Assembly: GCF_965237495.1 (NCBI RefSeq) | Contig: NZ_OZ250143.1 | Coordinates: 2,533,809-2,597,808 of the forward strand | Direction of reading: 5' to 3' | DNA length: 64,000 bases | Source: Candidatus Palauibacter sp. | GTDB taxonomy: Bacteria > Gemmatimonadota > Gemmatimonadetes > Palauibacterales > Palauibacteraceae | Shown here: positions 1 through 11,291 of the stretch, in pieces | How the letters are laid out: every line of letters begins with the position of its first letter | Numbering within the stretch: the first letter of the stretch is position 1 | Translations under genes and position numbers: made by a program | The notes under the pieces: generated by a model | Database searches by the model: none | The model's input: the letters and a program-made list of their open reading frames with translations, nothing else | Told to the model about the DNA's origin: nothing

Positions 1-829
1 CGTGATTTCCTCCACGTCGGCGCCGGCGAGGCGTTCCAGCGCCGGTCCCGAGAAGAGCGGGTGCGTGGCGAGGATGTAGATGTCCAGCGCCCCCCGTTCC
101 TTGAGGACTTCGACCGCCGACACCATGGTGCCCGCGGTGTCGATCATGTCGTCGGGGACGATACAGTGTTTTCCCTCGACGTCGCCCACGATGTTCGAGA
201 CCTCCGCCTCGTTGGGCGCCGGCCGCCGCTTGTCGATGATCGCGATCTCACCACCAAGCCGGCGGGCATAGCCTCTCGCCATCTTCGCGGCGCTCACGTC
301 CGTCGCCACCACGACCAGGTTGTCCAGCTTCTTCATCTCGTAGTAGCGCCGGAACACCGGAGCCGCGTACAGGTGGTCCACCGGGATGTCGAAGAAGCCC
401 TGGATCTGGTGCTGGTGGAAGTCGATGGAGAGGACCCGGTCCGCGCCGGCGGCCGTCATCAGGTTCGCGAGCAGCTTCGCCGCGATGGACACGCGGGGCT
501 GATCCTTGCGGTCGGAGCGCCCGTATCCGTAGTAGGGCACGACCGCCGTGACTCGCTCCGCCGAAGCCCGCTTCGCCGCATCGATCAGGATCAGGAGTTC
601 GAGCAGGTTCTCGGCGGGCGGGTTCGTGGGCTGAATCAGGAAGACATCGCGCCCGCGCACGTTCTCGTTGATGCGGACGAAGATCTCTCCGTCCGCGAAC
701 CGCTTGATCGTGACGTCGCACAGCGGCTCGTCGAGCACGTCCGCGATCCCCTGAGCCAGAGCGGGATTCGCGCTGCCCGAGAGCAGCATGATCGGACTCG
801 TGTGGAACGAGAAGTCCGTGGTGTCCATG
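1..829 (-). CDS. prs: ribose-phosphate pyrophosphokinase (PRPP synthetase), 3' end beyond window edge
   Basis: Own reverse-complement translation from ATG near 829: MDTTDFSF...KRFADGEIFVRINENVRGRDVFLIQP...DFHQHQIQGFFDIPVDHLYA...CIVPDDMIDTAGT, a canonical Prs sequence. Not in the ORF track because it runs off the window edge. Confidence 0.8.
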
Positions 830-1024
830 CGTGTCGACCTGGCTCGCTGATCTGGTTCCGGCTCGCTCGCGTCCACGAGGACACGGAGGTCATGCCGGAA
901 GGAGGAAAAACATGTGGGTCCCGAACCCGTGCGCCGCGGGGCCTCACACCCCGGCGACAGCCGCCTAGACTACCGGTGGAAGCGTGTTTCTGTCAACGAG
1001 ATGGCACTGGTCGCGCGCGGGCCG

Positions 1025-2092
1025 CTATTCCCCGGCCGACGCGTCCGGGGCCGGGATCGTGTACACGACCCTCGTTGGATACGCAAACGCCACTCCGTGC
1101 CGCTCGAAGCGTTCGTGGAGGGCGAGTAGTATCGCCTGCTTCGCATCCATGAAACGGTCGTACTCGGGGACGGTCATATGGAAGATCGCCTCGAACTCGA
1201 CGGCCGACTCCCCGAAGCCGGAGAGGTGGCAGCGATCGAAACGCGCCTCCGCCTGCGTCCCGACGATCTCCTCGATCCAGGCCGGGATCCTGGCCAGAAG
1301 TTCGCGCGGCGTGTCGTAGGTGACCCCGACCTTCAGCACCCCGCGCCGGTCCTCCATCCGTCCGAGGTTCCGGATCCGGGTGTTGATCACGTCGCTGTTT
1401 CCGACGATGAGCTGCTCGCCCCCCAGGCTCCGCAGCCGCGTCGTCTTGAGGCCGATGCGCTCCACCGTGCCCATGTAGTCGCCGACGACGAGGAAGTCGC
1501 CGATGACGAAGGGTTTGTCGAGGATGATGGACAGCGACGCGAGCAGGTCTCCGAGGACGTTCTGGGCCGCGAGGGCGACGGCGATGCCGCCGATCCCGAG
1601 GCCCGCGAGGAGGGCCGCGACCTCGACGCCGAGGTTGTCGAGGATGAGGAGGAGGACGACGGACCACACCCCGAGCCGGCCCACGAACGAGAGGGCGCTC
1701 ACCAGCGTCACGGCCTCCGCGTCCTCGCCCGCCGTGTGGTCCACGAAACGCGTGACCCAGAAGGCGATCGCGGCGTTGGCCCACATGCCGCCCTGGACGA
1801 CGATGGCGATCGCGGCGGCGCGCCGGATGATGAGCGCCACCGTGGCGTCGAGTTCGAGCGCCAGCGAGGCGACGAAGAGGGCCACGAAGAGGATGAGGCC
1901 GAACTTCGTCTCGCCGAGCACGTCGGCGACGAGGTCGTCGATCGAGGTCTGCGTGCCGCGGGCGAAGCGTACGAACCCCCGCAGCGCGTAACGTTCCAGG
2001 ACCCACAGCCCCAGCGTCGTCGCCGCGTAGATGCCGGCGGCGCTCAGCCACCCGCCAAGGGTGTTTCCGTAGATGGTCTGGTCCAGGCCCAT
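1025..2092 (-). CDS. mechanosensitive ion channel, MscS family
   Basis: 355 aa; N-terminal TM helices followed by the MscS-like beta domain (LVVGDYMGTVERIGLKTTRLRSLGGEQLIVGNSDV). The opposite-strand ORF 1178..2182 is Arg/Asp-rich noise. Confidence 0.8.
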   Translation of the reverse strand: MGLDQTIYGNTLGGWLSAAGIYAATTLGLWVLERYALRGFVRFARGTQTSIDDLVADVLGETKFGLILFVALFVASLALELDATVALIIRRAAAIAIVVQGGMWANAAIAFWVTRFVDHTAGEDAEAVTLVSALSFVGRLGVWSVVLLLILDNLGVEVAALLAGLGIGGIAVALAAQNVLGDLLASLSIILDKPFVIGDFLVVGDYMGTVERIGLKTTRLRSLGGEQLIVGNSDVINTRIRNLGRMEDRRGVLKVGVTYDTPRELLARIPAWIEEIVGTQAEARFDRCHLSGFGESAVEFEAIFHMTVPEYDRFMDAKQAILLALHERFERHGVAFAYPTRVVYTIPAPDASAGE

Positions 2093-2119
2093 GCGCCGGA
2101 CTCCTCTGTATCAGGTGTA

Positions 2120-4294
2120 TCAGGAAAGTTGGTTCAGCATCTCCGCTACATCGGTCGTCGGACGGCGGCATGCGAAATGTGAACAGACGTACGCGGTCGC
2201 GCGTCCGTCGCGGACGTCGTACGCCCCGGTGAAGGGGGCGACCGCCTCGAGGTCGGCCGCCGCGCGCCCGCCGGCCGCGCCATCCGCCGGCTTGAAGAGG
2301 ACCGCCGTGCGCGGCCCGTAGCGGTCCGTCAGCGCGGCGAGCATGTGCTGGGTATCGGTCGAGTCCGGTTCCCCGCTCACCACCACCTCGTGCGCCGGCC
2401 CCAGCGCCAGATCGAGCGCCACGAGCGACATCGTGTGCGCGGAGGGGGCGCCGCCGACGGGACCGGCGAGCGCGCGGCGCAGCGACTCGGCCCGGTCGAG
2501 GAGCTCGAGGTCGCCCGTGAGCCGGCCCAGCCGGAGCAGGGCGTACCAGGTGGCCGCGTTGGCCGAGGGCGTCGCCCCGTCGTAGACCTCCTTCTGGCGC
2601 ACCGGGACATCGCGCTGCTCCGCGTCCACGTTGAACACGCCGTGCCGGTCCGGATCCCAGAATCGCTCCAGCAGTTCGTCCAGCAGACCGCGGGCCTCGC
2701 GGAGCCAGCGCGGGTCCCAGGTGGCCGCGTACAGTTCGATGAGTCCCCAGGCCAGGCAGGCGTGGTCCGCCGCCCCGGCCGGGATGGCCGATTCGCCGTC
2801 CCGGTGGCGATGGAGCAGGCGCGCGTCTTCGTCGCGCAGCCGTTCGAGGATGAAGTCCGCCGCCCGCGCCGCGGCCTCGACGAGCGGCTCGTCCCCGAAG
2901 ACGCGTCCGCCGCCGGCCATGGCGGCGATCATGAGGCCGTTCCAGTCCGTGAGGATCTTGTCGTCGAGCAGCGGTCGGACGCGGGTCACGCGTCTCTCGA
3001 ACAGGACCCGCCGGACCTCCTCCAGGCTCTCCTCGACGGTGGTGACCTCCTCGCCGAGCGCCGCCGCGATCTCCGCGGGCGTCTCCCTCAGGTGAAGGAT
3101 GTTCTCGCCCGTCCGGAGTCCCGACGCCTCGTCGGCGAAGTTCCCGCGCGCCTCGACCTGGAACGCGCGCCGCGCGAGGCGTGCCGCCTCCTCGCCGAGC
3201 GCCGCGCCGACCACCTCGTCGAGTTCCTCGCGGGTCCAGACGTAGAACGCCCCCTCCCTGCCCTCGCTGTCCGCGTCTTCCGCGGAATGGAACGCGCCGC
3301 CGGGGTCCGTGAGATCGCGCGCCACGTACTCGAAGATCTCCCCGGCCACGCGCCGGTGCGCCTCGTCACCCGTGATCTGCCAAAGTTCCGTGTACGCCAT
3401 GGCGAGGAGCGCCTGGTCGTACAGCATCTTCTCGAAGTGCGGGACGAGCCAGCGCGCGTCGGTCGAGTAGCGGTGGAACCCGTACCCGACGTGGTCGAAG
3501 ATCCCGCCCCGCCGCATCGACACGAGGGTCTTCTCGACCATCTTCACGCCGCGCGGATCGCCGGTACGGTCGCTCCAGCGGAGGAGGAAGAGGAGCTGGT
3601 GTGGCGCCGGGAACCTGGGGGCGCGCGAAAACCCGCCCTGGTGAGGATCGAAGCGCGCCAGCAGATCGCTGAACCCCCGGCGCAACGTCTCCTCGTCCAG
3701 CGACCCGTCCGCGGAGCCGATGCCCTGCGCCTCGACCTCCCGCACCGCCTGCAGCGCCGAGGCCCCGGCCGCCTCGACATCCGCCCGCCGTTCCCGCCAC
3801 AGCCCCGCGAGCCGGGGCAGCAGTTCCAGCATCCCCCTGCGGCCGACCACGCTCTCGCGCGGGAAGTACGTGCCGGCGAAGAAGGGTTGCTTGTCGGGCG
3901 TCATCACGATCGTGAGCGGCCAGCCGCCCTGACCCGTCATCAACTGGCACACCGTCATGTAGACCCCGTCGATGTCCGGCCGCTCCTCCCGGTCCACCTT
4001 GATCGAGATGAAGTCCCGGTTGAGGAGCGCCGCCACGTCGGGGTCCTCGAACGACTCGTGCTCCATCACGTGACACCAGTGACAGGTGGCGTAGCCGATC
4101 GAGAGGAAGATGGGACGATTCTCGGCCCGGCTCCGCTCGAACGCCTCCTCGCCCCACGGATACCAGTCCACTGGGTTGAAGGCGTGCTGGAGGAGGTAGG
4201 GGCTCTTCTCGCGCGCGAGCCGGTTGGCCCGGTGCCCGGCGTCCCGGGGCGCCGGGTCGCAGTCGCAGTCGGAGTCGGAGTCGGAGTCGGACAT
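2120..4294 (-). CDS. thioredoxin-domain protein, YyaL/SSP411 (DUF255 + six-hairpin) family
   Basis: Real start is [13 protein letters not shown]...; [13 protein letters not shown]...[22 protein letters not shown] is the DUF255 thioredoxin-like N-terminus. The track ORF 2120..5608 (1162 aa) is read-through across the tRNA and ispE in a GC-rich frame; the upstream part is Arg/Pro junk. Confidence 0.75.
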   Translation of the reverse strand: MSDSDSDSDCDCDPAPRDAGHRANRLAREKSPYLLQHAFNPVDWYPWGEEAFERSRAENRPIFLSIGYATCHWCHVMEHESFEDPDVAALLNRDFISIKVDREERPDIDGVYMTVCQLMTGQGGWPLTIVMTPDKQPFFAGTYFPRESVVGRRGMLELLPRLAGLWRERRADVEAAGASALQAVREVEAQGIGSADGSLDEETLRRGFSDLLARFDPHQGGFSRAPRFPAPHQLLFLLRWSDRTGDPRGVKMVEKTLVSMRRGGIFDHVGYGFHRYSTDARWLVPHFEKMLYDQALLAMAYTELWQITGDEAHRRVAGEIFEYVARDLTDPGGAFHSAEDADSEGREGAFYVWTREELDEVVGAALGEEAARLARRAFQVEARGNFADEASGLRTGENILHLRETPAEIAAALGEEVTTVEESLEEVRRVLFERRVTRVRPLLDDKILTDWNGLMIAAMAGGGRVFGDEPLVEAAARAADFILERLRDEDARLLHRHRDGESAIPAGAADHACLAWGLIELYAATWDPRWLREARGLLDELLERFWDPDRHGVFNVDAEQRDVPVRQKEVYDGATPSANAATWYALLRLGRLTGDLELLDRAESLRRALAGPVGGAPSAHTMSLVALDLALGPAHEVVVSGEPDSTDTQHMLAALTDRYGPRTAVLFKPADGAAGGRAAADLEAVAPFTGAYDVRDGRATAYVCSHFACRRPTTDVAEMLNQLS
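4262..4291. repeat. hexanucleotide microsatellite (GTCGGA)x5, first unit imperfect, encoding the (Ser-Asp)n N-terminus of the YyaL-type protein
   Basis: Direct reading: gtcgca gtcgga gtcgga gtcgga gtcgga immediately before the CAT start codon on the + strand. Confidence 0.6.
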
Positions 4295-4297
4295 AAG

Positions 4298-4368
4298 TTG
4301 GCCCCCCAGGGGTCGAACCTGGATCACCGGCTCCAAAGGCCGGTGTCTTGCCATTAGACGAGGGGCCA
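4298..4368 (-). tRNA. tRNA-Gln (anticodon TTG)
   Basis: Minus-strand 71-nt cloverleaf: acceptor TGGCCCC/GGGGCCA, D-arm GTCT-AATGGCA-AGAC, anticodon stem CCGGC/GCCGG with loop CTTTGGA (U33, anticodon TTG), T-arm CCAGG-TTCGACC-CCTGG, discriminator A. CCA is not encoded. Confidence 0.7.
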
Positions 4369-4431
4369 GAAGCGCCGAAGATGGCGCGCGGCGCCCGACC
4401 GAGTCAATCGCTGAAACGGCGTCCCGACGCC

Positions 4432-5352
4432 TTAGACGGGGAGTTGGACGTCCACGAGTTCCGGCATCCGCCCGCCCGCCGCAACGGAGAGTTGGTGCCG
4501 GGCGCGGCTGCGTTCCGCCTCGTTGCGGAAGACAGCGAACAGGGCGGAGCCCGATCCCGTCATCCCGGCCGCCTCCGGCTCGCACGACCGGAGCCGCTCG
4601 AGGGTCTCCGACAGCTCCGGGTGGCGGGCGAGGACCGGCGCCTCGAGGTCGTTGCGAATGAGCCGCTCGAGGGATTCCCAGCCCGCCAGACGGGTGGCCC
4701 CCGGGAGCACCGAAGCCGATCCGGGGTCCGCGTCGCCCCGGCCCAGCCAGCGATAGGCCTCGGGCGTCGAGACGTGGATCGGGGAGCAGACGAGGAGCGC
4801 CGGGCGGGGCCGTGGCGGCCGCAGCGGCAGGAGGCGGCGGCCGCGTTCCCACCCCAGCGCCATCGGCACCCCGGTGAGCGCGAACGGCACGTCGCTCCCG
4901 ATCTCCCCGGCCAGTTCCACCACATCCCGCTCCTCGAGCCGGGGCCAGCGGCGCGCAAGAAGCCGCAGCGTCACGCCGGCGTCGGCGCTCCCCCCGCCGA
5001 GGCCGCTGCCCATGGGGATCCGCTTCTCGAGACGGATATGGACGGCGGGGCGCCCCCGCTTCGGGAACGCGCGCTCGAGGAACCTCTCCGCCGCACGCCA
5101 GCACAGGTTCTCGGGTCCCTCGGGCACGCCGGCCGCCCGCGGTCCCTCGAGCGAGAGGTTCACGCCACCACCGGCCGCCTCCGGCCCGGCCTCGAAGAGG
5201 CTGACCGTGTCGGTCAGGCTGGTGCGGGCGAGCAGCGTCTCGACCCCGTGAAAGCCCGTCTCGTCCCGTGCGAACACCCGGTGCCGCAGGTTGATCTTCG
5301 CGTGCGCCTCGGCGGTCCCAATGAGCCCGGGCGCACCGTGGGCGGGTGTCAT
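4432..5352 (-). CDS. ispE: 4-diphosphocytidyl-2-C-methyl-D-erythritol kinase
   Basis: MTPAHG...[17 protein letters not shown]...[15 protein letters not shown] is the GHMP-kinase IspE pattern. Start taken at the internal ATG (~5352) of track ORF 4432..6252; it overlaps the upstream gene's stop by 4 nt. Confidence 0.85.
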   Translation of the reverse strand: MTPAHGAPGLIGTAEAHAKINLRHRVFARDETGFHGVETLLARTSLTDTVSLFEAGPEAAGGGVNLSLEGPRAAGVPEGPENLCWRAAERFLERAFPKRGRPAVHIRLEKRIPMGSGLGGGSADAGVTLRLLARRWPRLEERDVVELAGEIGSDVPFALTGVPMALGWERGRRLLPLRPPRPRPALLVCSPIHVSTPEAYRWLGRGDADPGSASVLPGATRLAGWESLERLIRNDLEAPVLARHPELSETLERLRSCEPEAAGMTGSGSALFAVFRNEAERSRARHQLSVAAGGRMPELVDVQLPV

Positions 5353-6368
5353 CCCGAGGCCTCCGGCGTCGGCGCCGCGCTCCGACCGAACTCCTTCCGG
5401 CTGATCCCCAGCCGCCGCATGTACCAGATCCCGAGCACGGTGATGGGGATGAAGGTGAGGATGTGGTAGCCCGCCGCGAAGCTGATGATGCGCGCCGGTT
5501 CGATCTGATGCAGTTCCAGCGCCAGGCGGGCCGCGGTCTCGAACGGTCCGAAGAAGCCCGGCGTGGACGGGATCGCGACCGCGAAGCTGATGGTCGTCTG
5601 GAGGACAAGGGCGCCCTCGAAGCCCGGCTCGCGGATGTCGAAGGCGAGAAACCCGAGGTAGAAGGAGAACGCGTTCCAGCCCCAGACGGCGAACGACCAC
5701 AGCATCGCGCGGGCGAAGACGTGCGCGTGGCGCAGCGCGCCCAGTCCCTCCACGAACGCGGTGAGGATCTCGTTGATCCGGTCCGCCATGCGGTCGGGGC
5801 CGAGCCGGTGGGACCACTTCCTCGCCAGCCGCAGGAAGCGGCCCGGGAAACGGACGAGCAGCCCGAACGTGATCAGGCTCAGCGAGACGAGGATGACGAC
5901 CACCGTGAAGAAGTCCCTCAGGGTGCCCGACGCGGCCTCGTCGACGCCGCCGATGAGGAAGGCGGGGACCAGGAACACCATGAGGACGATCGCGTCGAGC
6001 AGGCGCTCTACCACGAGCGAAGCGAGAGACGCGCTGAGCGACACCGGTTCGATGCGCGTGAGCGAGTAGGCGCGGGCGAACTCCCCGAGACGTCCCGGGA
6101 GGACGTTGTTGGCCATGAACCCGATGCACACGGCGGCATATCTCGAGGCGAACGGGAGGTGCCCGTCGGAGACACGGAGGAGGATCCGCCACCGGATCGC
6201 ACGCAGGTGGAAGGTGAGCGTGGCGACGACCGTGGCGGCCAGCAGCAGCCACGGATCGGCCTCGCCGAGGTGTCGCAGGAGTTCGGCGGCGGAGACGTCC
6301 CGGAGCGCATAGAAGAGGAGGGCGATCGAGACGAGAACGCCGACGAGAACCGTGATCCGGCTTCTCAC
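5349..6368 (-). CDS. UPF0104 / flippase-like (MprF C-terminal-like) integral membrane protein
   Basis: Multi-TM protein with a family-typical hydrophobic pattern. A GTG start at ~6368 overlaps the pdxJ TGA stop (GTGA). The track ORF's first Met would overlap pdxJ by ~108 nt. Confidence 0.65.
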   Translation of the reverse strand: MRSRITVLVGVLVSIALLFYALRDVSAAELLRHLGEADPWLLLAATVVATLTFHLRAIRWRILLRVSDGHLPFASRYAAVCIGFMANNVLPGRLGEFARAYSLTRIEPVSLSASLASLVVERLLDAIVLMVFLVPAFLIGGVDEAASGTLRDFFTVVVILVSLSLITFGLLVRFPGRFLRLARKWSHRLGPDRMADRINEILTAFVEGLGALRHAHVFARAMLWSFAVWGWNAFSFYLGFLAFDIREPGFEGALVLQTTISFAVAIPSTPGFFGPFETAARLALELHQIEPARIISFAAGYHILTFIPITVLGIWYMRRLGISRKEFGRSAAPTPEASG

Positions 6369-7120
6369 CCCCGCGCCTCGCGCACGAGATCCGACATCTC
6401 GAGCACCGCGCGTTCCATGCCCACGAGCACCGAGCGGCTCACGATCGAGTGGCCGATGTTGAGTTCCTCGCACTCCCCGATCGCCGCCACCGGCCGCACG
6501 TTCTCATAGGTGAGCCCGTGCCCGGCGTGCACGCCGAGGCCGACCGCCGCGGCCCGCGTCGCCGCATCCTCCAGCCGCGCCAGTTCGTGGTCGGCGCTGG
6601 TCTGGTCCGGCGCGTTGGCGTACTCGCCGGTATGCAGTTCGATCGCGTCGGCACCCAGTTCCGCGGACGCGTCGACGGCCCCGGGGTCCGGGTCGATGAA
6701 GAGCGAGGTGCGGATCCCGGCGTCCTGCATCCGCGCCACCGCGGCGCGGATGCGAGCCGGATCGGCGGATAGGTCGAGCCCGCCCTCGGTCGTCAGCTCT
6801 TCCCTTTTCTCCGGGACGAGGGTGGCCTGGCCCGGCTCCCAGCGTTCGGCCAGGGCGAGGACCTCCTCCTGGGCCGCCAGCTCGAGGTTCACGAAGGTGC
6901 GGACGGTGCTCAGCAGAAGTTCGACATCGCGGTCCTGGATGTGGCGGCGGTCCTCGCGCAGATGCACGGTGATCCCGTTCGCCCCTCCCAGTTCGGCCAG
7001 CACGGCGGCGCGCACGGGGTCCGGCTCGTCGGTGCCGCGCGCCTGCCGCACGGTCGCCACGTGGTCGATGTTCACGCAGAGCCGGCAGTCGATCAGGTGC
7101 AGAAAACTGGTGTTCGCCAT
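6365..7120 (-). CDS. pdxJ: pyridoxine 5'-phosphate synthase
   Basis: 251 aa; [19 protein letters not shown]...[17 protein letters not shown]...ELHTGEYA are PdxJ hallmarks. Confidence 0.9.
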   Translation of the reverse strand: MANTSFLHLIDCRLCVNIDHVATVRQARGTDEPDPVRAAVLAELGGANGITVHLREDRRHIQDRDVELLLSTVRTFVNLELAAQEEVLALAERWEPGQATLVPEKREELTTEGGLDLSADPARIRAAVARMQDAGIRTSLFIDPDPGAVDASAELGADAIELHTGEYANAPDQTSADHELARLEDAATRAAAVGLGVHAGHGLTYENVRPVAAIGECEELNIGHSIVSRSVLVGMERAVLEMSDLVREARG

Positions 7121-7176
7121 GGTGTGCTCCGGTCCTGGCCTGGCCTGGCGGCCCGCGGCAAAGGGTCTGGCAGTTG

Positions 7177-8463
7177 CTAGGCGGCGTCGGCCTGTTCCAC
7201 GGCCAGGCCGCTCTCGCGCCAGCGGCCGATCACGCCGGCCGGCACGCGCGCAAGAATAACGACCCGGCCCTCTTCGTACGCCCGCTCCAGCACTTCGCCT
7301 TCGCGATAGGCTTCAGCGAGCCGGGCGCCATCTCCCGCCGGCAGGCTCACCCGCACCGTCTCCAGCCGAGCCCGCATCGCGGCCTGGAGCGCCTCGCGCA
7401 GCGGGTCCAGTCCTCCCTCCTCGAGAACCGAGGTCAGGACGTGCGGACGCGCCGCCGCGACCGCCCGCTCGCGGAGAGCCCGCTCCTCCTCGTGCGTGAG
7501 CCGGTCGATCTTGTTGAAGACGTGCAGGACCGGGCGGTCCGCCGCGCCGACCTCCGCCAGCACCGCCTCCACCACATCCCGCTGCGCCTCCCAGTTCGGC
7601 GACGACGCATCGATCACGTGCAACAGGAGATCGGCCTCGGACAATTCCTCCATCGTGGCCCTGAACGAAGCCACCAGATGGTGGGGCAACTTCCGGATGA
7701 AGCCCACGGTGTCGGTGAGCAGGATCGGGCCGGGCCCGTCGAGATCGCAAACCCTCGTCGCCGAGTCGACCGTGGCGAACAGCCGGTCCTCCACGAAGAC
7801 CTCGGTGCCGGAGAGGCCGCGCAAAATGGACGACTTTCCGGCGTTCGTGTACCCGGCGAGCGCCACCTTGAACTGCTCGCTCCGTGCGCGGCGCTGGGTG
7901 ACGCGCGCCCTGGCGATGTGGTCGAGCTTGTGCCGCAGCCGGGCCAACCGCCGGTCGATCAGGCGGCGGTCGGTCTCGATCTGCTGCTCGCCGGGCCCGC
8001 GGGCGCCGATGCCGCCTCCCTCGCGCGAGAGGTGGGTCCACATGCGCTTGAGCCGCGTCCGCATGTATTGAAGCTGGGCGAGTTCGACCTGGAGTTTCGA
8101 CTCCGAGGTCCGGGCTCGGAGCGCGAAGATGTCGAGGATGAGTTCGGTTCGGTCCAGCGCGCGTATGCCGAGTGCGGCTTCGAGGTTGGCCCCCTGGGCC
8201 GGCGAGAGCTCCTCGTCGAAGATGGCGAGCGTCGCCTCGTGTTCGTGGAGCATCCGGGCCAGTCGCTCGACTTTGCCTTTGCCGATATACGTCGCGGCGC
8301 TGGGCGTTCGAAGACGCTGAATCACGACGCCGCGGACGTCCGCACCCGCCGTACCGGCGAGCCGGGCGAGTTCCTCGAGGTGCTCGTCGACGGCTTCCTG
8401 CGGCATGTCGCGGGGCGGCGCGCCGACCAGGATCGCGCGCTCGGTCGCGTCGTTCGATGTCAT
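7177..8463 (-). CDS. hflX: GTPase HflX
   Basis: HflX N-domain (ERAILVG...[10 protein letters not shown]) plus G-domain (GYTNAGKSS...DTVGFI...NKID). Start at the internal Met [14 protein letters not shown] (~8463). Confidence 0.85.
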   Translation of the reverse strand: MTSNDATERAILVGAPPRDMPQEAVDEHLEELARLAGTAGADVRGVVIQRLRTPSAATYIGKGKVERLARMLHEHEATLAIFDEELSPAQGANLEAALGIRALDRTELILDIFALRARTSESKLQVELAQLQYMRTRLKRMWTHLSREGGGIGARGPGEQQIETDRRLIDRRLARLRHKLDHIARARVTQRRARSEQFKVALAGYTNAGKSSILRGLSGTEVFVEDRLFATVDSATRVCDLDGPGPILLTDTVGFIRKLPHHLVASFRATMEELSEADLLLHVIDASSPNWEAQRDVVEAVLAEVGAADRPVLHVFNKIDRLTHEEERALRERAVAAARPHVLTSVLEEGGLDPLREALQAAMRARLETVRVSLPAGDGARLAEAYREGEVLERAYEEGRVVILARVPAGVIGRWRESGLAVEQADAA

Positions 8464-9872
8464 TCTGTCGATGAAAGCTCCTCCTCCGCGGCCTCCCCCG
8501 GCCCGACTTGAGCGCGGTCCCGGAGCCGACGGATACGCTCGAGCCTGCGCCGCGCCTCGACTTCCCACCCGCGGTCCCCGGGATCGTACCAGATTCTCCC
8601 GCGCAGCGACTCGGGAAGGTACGACTGGCGGGCCACGCCGTCTGCCTCGTCGTGATCGTAACGGTACCCCGATCCGTAGCCGAGTTCCTTCATGAGGCGC
8701 GTGGGTGCGTTTCGGATGTGGAGGGGCACGGGCGCGGCCGGCGTCTCGCGGGCCGCGCCGGATGCGGCGCCGAAGGCCCGGTAGACCGCGTTCGACTTGG
8801 GGGCGATGGCCAGATACGCGACGGCCTGGGCGAGCGCGAGATCACCTTCCGGGCTGCCGAGAAAGTGGTACGCATCCCGCGCCGCGATCGTGACGGCGAG
8901 CGCGCCGGGGTCGGCGAGGCCGATGTCCTCGGAGGCCATGCGCACGAGACGCCGTGCCAGGTACAGGGGGTCCTCCCCGCCGTCCAGCATCCGGGCGAGC
9001 CAGTAGAGGGCCGCGTCCACGTCGGAGCCGCGCACCGCCTTGTGGAGGGCGGAAATGAGGTTGAAGTGCTCCTCGCCCGACTTGTCGTAGCGCGCGAACC
9101 GCTTCTGCAGCGCGGCTGCCACATGCTCGACGGCGATCGCGGGCGCACCGTTGGCGCGGGCCAGGTCCGCCGCCGTTTCAAGCGCGTTCAGCGCCCTCCG
9201 GGCGTCCCCGTCGGCCTCGATCCCGAGGCGAGAGAGGGCGTCCGCATCGATCGTGAGACCGTAGGCCCCGAGCCCGCGCTTCGGGTCGCGGAGGGCGCGG
9301 GCGCAGATCTCGCCGACTTCCTCCGGCGCCAGCGGGTCGAGCACGAACACTCGGGTGCGTGAGAGGAGCGGCCCCACGACCTCGAAGCTCGGGTTCTCGG
9401 TCGTCGCTCCGATCAGCGTGACCGCGCCGCGCTCGACGTGCGGGAGGAGGGCATCCTGCTGCGCCCGGTTGAAGCGGTGGATCTCATCCACGAAGAGGAC
9501 GGTACCGCGGCCGGTGGCGACCCGGCGCGCCTTCGCCTCCTCGAGGATCTTTCGCACGCGGGGGATGCCGTCCGTGACCGCCGAGAAGGGGATGAACGCG
9601 GCCTCCATGCGGCTGGCGAGCAGCCCGGCGAGGGTCGTCTTCCCGGTCCCGGGCGGACCCCAGAAGATGAGGCTCGGCACGCGGCCGCTCTCGATGAGCT
9701 GGCGCAGGGGCCGGCCCTCCCCCACGAGCTTCGACTGGCCGACGAATTCGTCCAGCGAGCGCGGCCGCACACGGGCGGCGAGAGGCGCGGCGGCGGCGCC
9801 GGAGCGCTGCGCGCGCGGCTCCAGACCCGGGAACAAGCTCGGTTCGTCAGGCATCGGCTCCTGGTGGCTCAT
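8460..9872 (-). CDS. rarA: replication-associated recombination protein A (AAA+ ATPase)
   Basis: MSHQEPMPD...LDEFVGQ...LIFWGPPGTGKTTLA...VLFVDEIHRFNRAQQDALLPHVE and a MgsA C-terminal domain. The true start is the internal ATG of track ORF 8460..10844. Confidence 0.85.
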   Translation of the reverse strand: MSHQEPMPDEPSLFPGLEPRAQRSGAAAAPLAARVRPRSLDEFVGQSKLVGEGRPLRQLIESGRVPSLIFWGPPGTGKTTLAGLLASRMEAAFIPFSAVTDGIPRVRKILEEAKARRVATGRGTVLFVDEIHRFNRAQQDALLPHVERGAVTLIGATTENPSFEVVGPLLSRTRVFVLDPLAPEEVGEICARALRDPKRGLGAYGLTIDADALSRLGIEADGDARRALNALETAADLARANGAPAIAVEHVAAALQKRFARYDKSGEEHFNLISALHKAVRGSDVDAALYWLARMLDGGEDPLYLARRLVRMASEDIGLADPGALAVTIAARDAYHFLGSPEGDLALAQAVAYLAIAPKSNAVYRAFGAASGAARETPAAPVPLHIRNAPTRLMKELGYGSGYRYDHDEADGVARQSYLPESLRGRIWYDPGDRGWEVEARRRLERIRRLRDRAQVGPGEAAEEELSSTE

Positions 9873-11236
9873 CGCCGGCGGGGGGGGGGGCCGGATCCGC
9901 GGCCCGGCCGGGATGCCTCGGTGAGCGCGCCTATCTCGATCAGCCGCCGGGCCTCCCCGAGCAGGCTCCCGCGGTCGTTGCGGCCCGGGTCCTCGAGCAC
10001 CTGCTCCAGCAGTTCGTCGAGCAGGAGCCGCACGAGAGGACCGGGTGACACCCCGAGCGAGAGGAGATCGTCGCCCTTGACCGCGAGGTCGGCGAGGCTG
10101 AGCGGCGGCGCTTCGAGCCACTCCCGGCGCACGCGCTCGCGGGTCGCCTCCAGGTAGCGCTCCGCCTGCTCCGCCCGCTCCGCCTCTTCGGCGCGCGCCC
10201 CGGCGAAGTGCAGCGCGAAGACGTCCTCCCACGCCTTGCCGGCGGAGGCGAGCCAGCGCCGGTGCTCCGCGGCGGAGCCCGTGGGCCCCACGAACGGGAG
10301 GAAGAGCCGCGCCAGCCGCGTGACATGGCGCCGGTCGGCGTTGGAGAATCTGAGCCGCGACAGCAACGCCTCTGCGACCCCGGCGCGCCCCTCCGGCGTG
10401 TCGGCCGCCGATACGACCAACCGAGCCAGCCGTACGTTCAGTGTCTGCGCCGGGACGGCATCCACGGCGCCGAGCGCGGTCAGCCACGCGTCGCGGTCGG
10501 CGGCGAGCCCGAGCATCTCCGGGTACCAGTGGGCGAGCGCCCCGCGCGTCGCGTACAGGTCGAGCCCGGCGGACGGCTTCAGGTCGCCGAGCACCTTCAG
10601 CAGTTCCTCCCGGACGCGCTCGGCCGACAGCACGGCCAAGCCGTCGACCGCCTCCCGCAGGGCCGCGTCCGTGCCAAGCTCCACGGCCCAGCCGAAGCGT
10701 CCGGCGAACCGGAACCCGCGCAGCACCCGCAGATAGTCTTCCCGGAAGCGGGCCCCGGGATCGCCCACGGCGCGCAGGATCCCGGACTCGATGTCCGCCA
10801 GGCCGTCGTACGGATCCCGGACCTGGCCCGACGCCGGCCGCCACGCGATCGCGTTCACCGTGAAGTCGCGGCGGCCCAGATCTTGCTCGATCGACGACGC
10901 GAAGACCACGCGGGCGTGCCGGCCGTCGGTCTCGATGTCGCGCCGAAAGGTCGTGACCTCGTACAGAACCCCGCCGTCGAGCACGCCCACCGTCCCGTGC
11001 GACACGCCGACGGGGACGGTGCGCGGGAAGAGATCCATGACCTCGTCCGGACGCGCGTCCGTCGCGAGGTCCCAGTCCGCCCGCTTCGGATCGGCACCGC
11101 CCCCGATCTGCTGTACGAAGGCGTCGCGGAGGGAGCCGCCGACGGCCCAGGCCTCGTGGCCCGCGCGCTCGAGCCGCCGGGCGATCCGCCGAAAACCTTC
11201 GGGCGGCGCGAGGCGGCCCGGATCGAATCCGGTCAT
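9869..11236 (-). CDS. CCA tRNA nucleotidyltransferase / poly(A) polymerase family protein
   Basis: Head-domain motifs GGSLRDAF and DWDLATDARPDEV (GGxVRD...DxD), 455 aa. It overlaps the rarA start by 4 nt. Confidence 0.75.
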   Translation of the reverse strand: MTGFDPGRLAPPEGFRRIARRLERAGHEAWAVGGSLRDAFVQQIGGGADPKRADWDLATDARPDEVMDLFPRTVPVGVSHGTVGVLDGGVLYEVTTFRRDIETDGRHARVVFASSIEQDLGRRDFTVNAIAWRPASGQVRDPYDGLADIESGILRAVGDPGARFREDYLRVLRGFRFAGRFGWAVELGTDAALREAVDGLAVLSAERVREELLKVLGDLKPSAGLDLYATRGALAHWYPEMLGLAADRDAWLTALGAVDAVPAQTLNVRLARLVVSAADTPEGRAGVAEALLSRLRFSNADRRHVTRLARLFLPFVGPTGSAAEHRRWLASAGKAWEDVFALHFAGARAEEAERAEQAERYLEATRERVRREWLEAPPLSLADLAVKGDDLLSLGVSPGPLVRLLLDELLEQVLEDPGRNDRGSLLGEARRLIEIGALTEASRPGRGSGPPPRRR

Positions 11237-11291
11237 GGGAGGACCGTTGAAACCCCGAGCCTCGCAGCGTTCCCGCGCGGGCGGTCGGGAC

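Noticed and set aside
2120-5608. 1162-aa minus-strand ORF spanning yyaL, the tRNA-Gln and ispE
   Set aside because: Read-through of an open GC-rich frame. The portion upstream of MSDSDSDSD is Arg/Pro/Gly-rich junk and crosses a tRNA and another gene in a different frame, so it was split into a YyaL-type CDS ending at ~4294.
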